Program-made: the position numbers and the translations under genes
In this document: piece by piece, positions 62,644-64,000 of the stretch
Layout: each line of letters opens with the position of its first letter
Numbering within the stretch: position 1 is the first letter of the stretch
The notes under the pieces: generated by a model
What the model was told of the DNA's origin: nothing
Database searches by the model: none
Seen by the model: only the letters and a program-made list of their open reading frames with translations
Source of the DNA: Squalus acanthias
Lineage: Eukaryota
Direction of reading: 5' to 3'
Length of the DNA: 64,000 nt
NCBI GenBank assembly: GCA_030390025.1
Contig: CM059443.1
Location: 63,302,001-63,366,000 of the forward strand

Positions 62644-62797
62644 GAGACGTAACTTTTTCCAGTTCTGATGAAAGGTCATCGAGCTGAAACGTTAACTCTT
62701 GTTTCTCTCTCCACAGATGCTGCCTGACTTGCTGAGCATTTCCAGCATTTTGTGTTTTTATTTCAGATTTCCAGCATCCGCAGTATTTTGCTTTTTT
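62644..62797 (+). mobile_element. Penelope-like terminal repeat with minimal hammerhead (62661-62697)
   Basis: Same family as 31398-31632; 14-bp TSD AACATAAATTCCTA (62630-62643, 62798-62811). Confidence 0.8.
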
Positions 62798-63009
62798 AAC
62801 ATAAATTCCTATCTTTGTCCTATTCCCTATCCTGTGTTCTGATGGACTTTCTTTCTCAGATACTGACCAACCTGCTGTGCCTTTCTTGAATTTTTCATTT
62901 CAACACATTCTTATGAATACCTTTCCCAAAATGGTTTACCCAGCTCCTTGAGTATTATGAGCTCAATGACAGCTTACAATCATTTTTGTCATCAAGGGAA
63001 ATATCCCAT

Positions 63010-63245
63010 AACAAACATCGGAACAGGAGTAGGCCATTCAGCCCCTCGCGCCTGTTCCACCATTCAATTTGATCGTGGCTGAGCTGTATCTTAACTCTAC
63101 CTACCCGCCTTAGTTCATATCCCATAATATCTTTGTCTAACAAAAATCTATCGATCTCAGTTTTGAAATTTGCAATTGACAGCTTTTTGGGGGAAAGAGT
63201 ATTCAGATTTCCACTGCCCTTTGTGTGTAGAAGTGCTTCCTGATC
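63010..63245 (-). mobile_element. CR1 3' fragment
   Basis: GGAACAGGAGTAGGCCATTCAGCCCCTCG; FKTEIDRFL in minus frame. Confidence 0.8.
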
Positions 63246-63279
63246 AAACATCCACAAAGCCAGTGTTTGCTGGGATACC

Positions 63280-63515
63280 AGAACTTCCTGCTTTTCTTTG
63301 AATAGTCCCTGGGATCTTCAACCTCCGTGTGAACCAGGGATTAGGCAAACAGGGCCTCAGTTTAACATCTCATCCAAGGCATGGCACCTCTGATAATGCA
63401 GCACTCCATTAGTACTGCACTGACGTGTCAGCTTAGATTATGAGCTTAAACTTCCGATAAGGAACTAGGGCCTACTGACCCAGAAGTGAAAGTACTGCCA
63501 AATGAGCCAGGCTGA
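63280..63515 (-). mobile_element. Decayed Deu-SINE 5' portion
   Basis: GGGCCTCAGTTTAACATCTCATCC..GGCACCTCTG..AGTACTGCACTG. Confidence 0.7.
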
Positions 63516-64000
63516 TAACAAATTATGTCAATTTTTTTTTAAACCTGAGTAGTTAGTTACAAGAATTTAAAACTATCTTAATACTCCCAATGTATCTTCC
63601 ACATTAATAAGTCTGCAGATTATATACACATATATAAAAGGGAAAGGAGAGATAAAATAAGACTACTGGAAGCCATCTAACACACTTGGGGGAACAGTGC
63701 AACATTCATTTTTGGATCTCCTGAGTGGAAGCTAGCTAATTCCATTAATAGAAAAATTGAAGAAAAGAGAGAAAGTGTCTTCTGTCATCAGGGCAGCCAT
63801 CAGTCTGTCATGTGTGTCCATGGAAAGTCTAAACACAAAGCTTCTTATCTGAAGCGACCCAAAAGGTTTTTCTGCTTTCATAACAGAGCGAGCCCACAGC
63901 CTTTTAGATCCATGCTTCAGTAACAGTCTCGCATGACAATTAAATGGCAATTAATCTTTATATTTTAAACAGGCCTTCAGATTTTAGCACAGGTATTGGC

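Overview
Eukaryotic (vertebrate) genomic DNA. The repeat content (HE1-type V-SINE, Deu-domain SacSINE1-like SINEs, HER1/CR1 tails) points to a cartilaginous fish, probably a shark. The window lies inside one gene on the minus strand, SCAPER. Eleven internal coding exons (54232 down to 17250) were reconstructed with GT-AG boundaries and consistent phases; they encode the coiled-coil region and the C2H2/U1-type zinc finger. The gene start and end are outside the window. The introns are dense with transposons: several SINE families, CR1 and L2 LINE fragments, Penelope-like elements with minimal hammerhead ribozymes and clear target-site duplications (TSDs), a GIY-YIG endonuclease fragment, and non-autonomous DNA transposons (3-bp TSD Harbinger-like, TA TSD pogo/Tigger-like, 8-bp TSD hAT). 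There is also a SINE-derived 46-bp minisatellite, several unexplained inverted repeats, two candidate extra exons, and TE-free blocks that may be Islet/ISL2 enhancers. Family names come from recalled consensus motifs, not database searches. Most ORFs in the supplied track are spurious.
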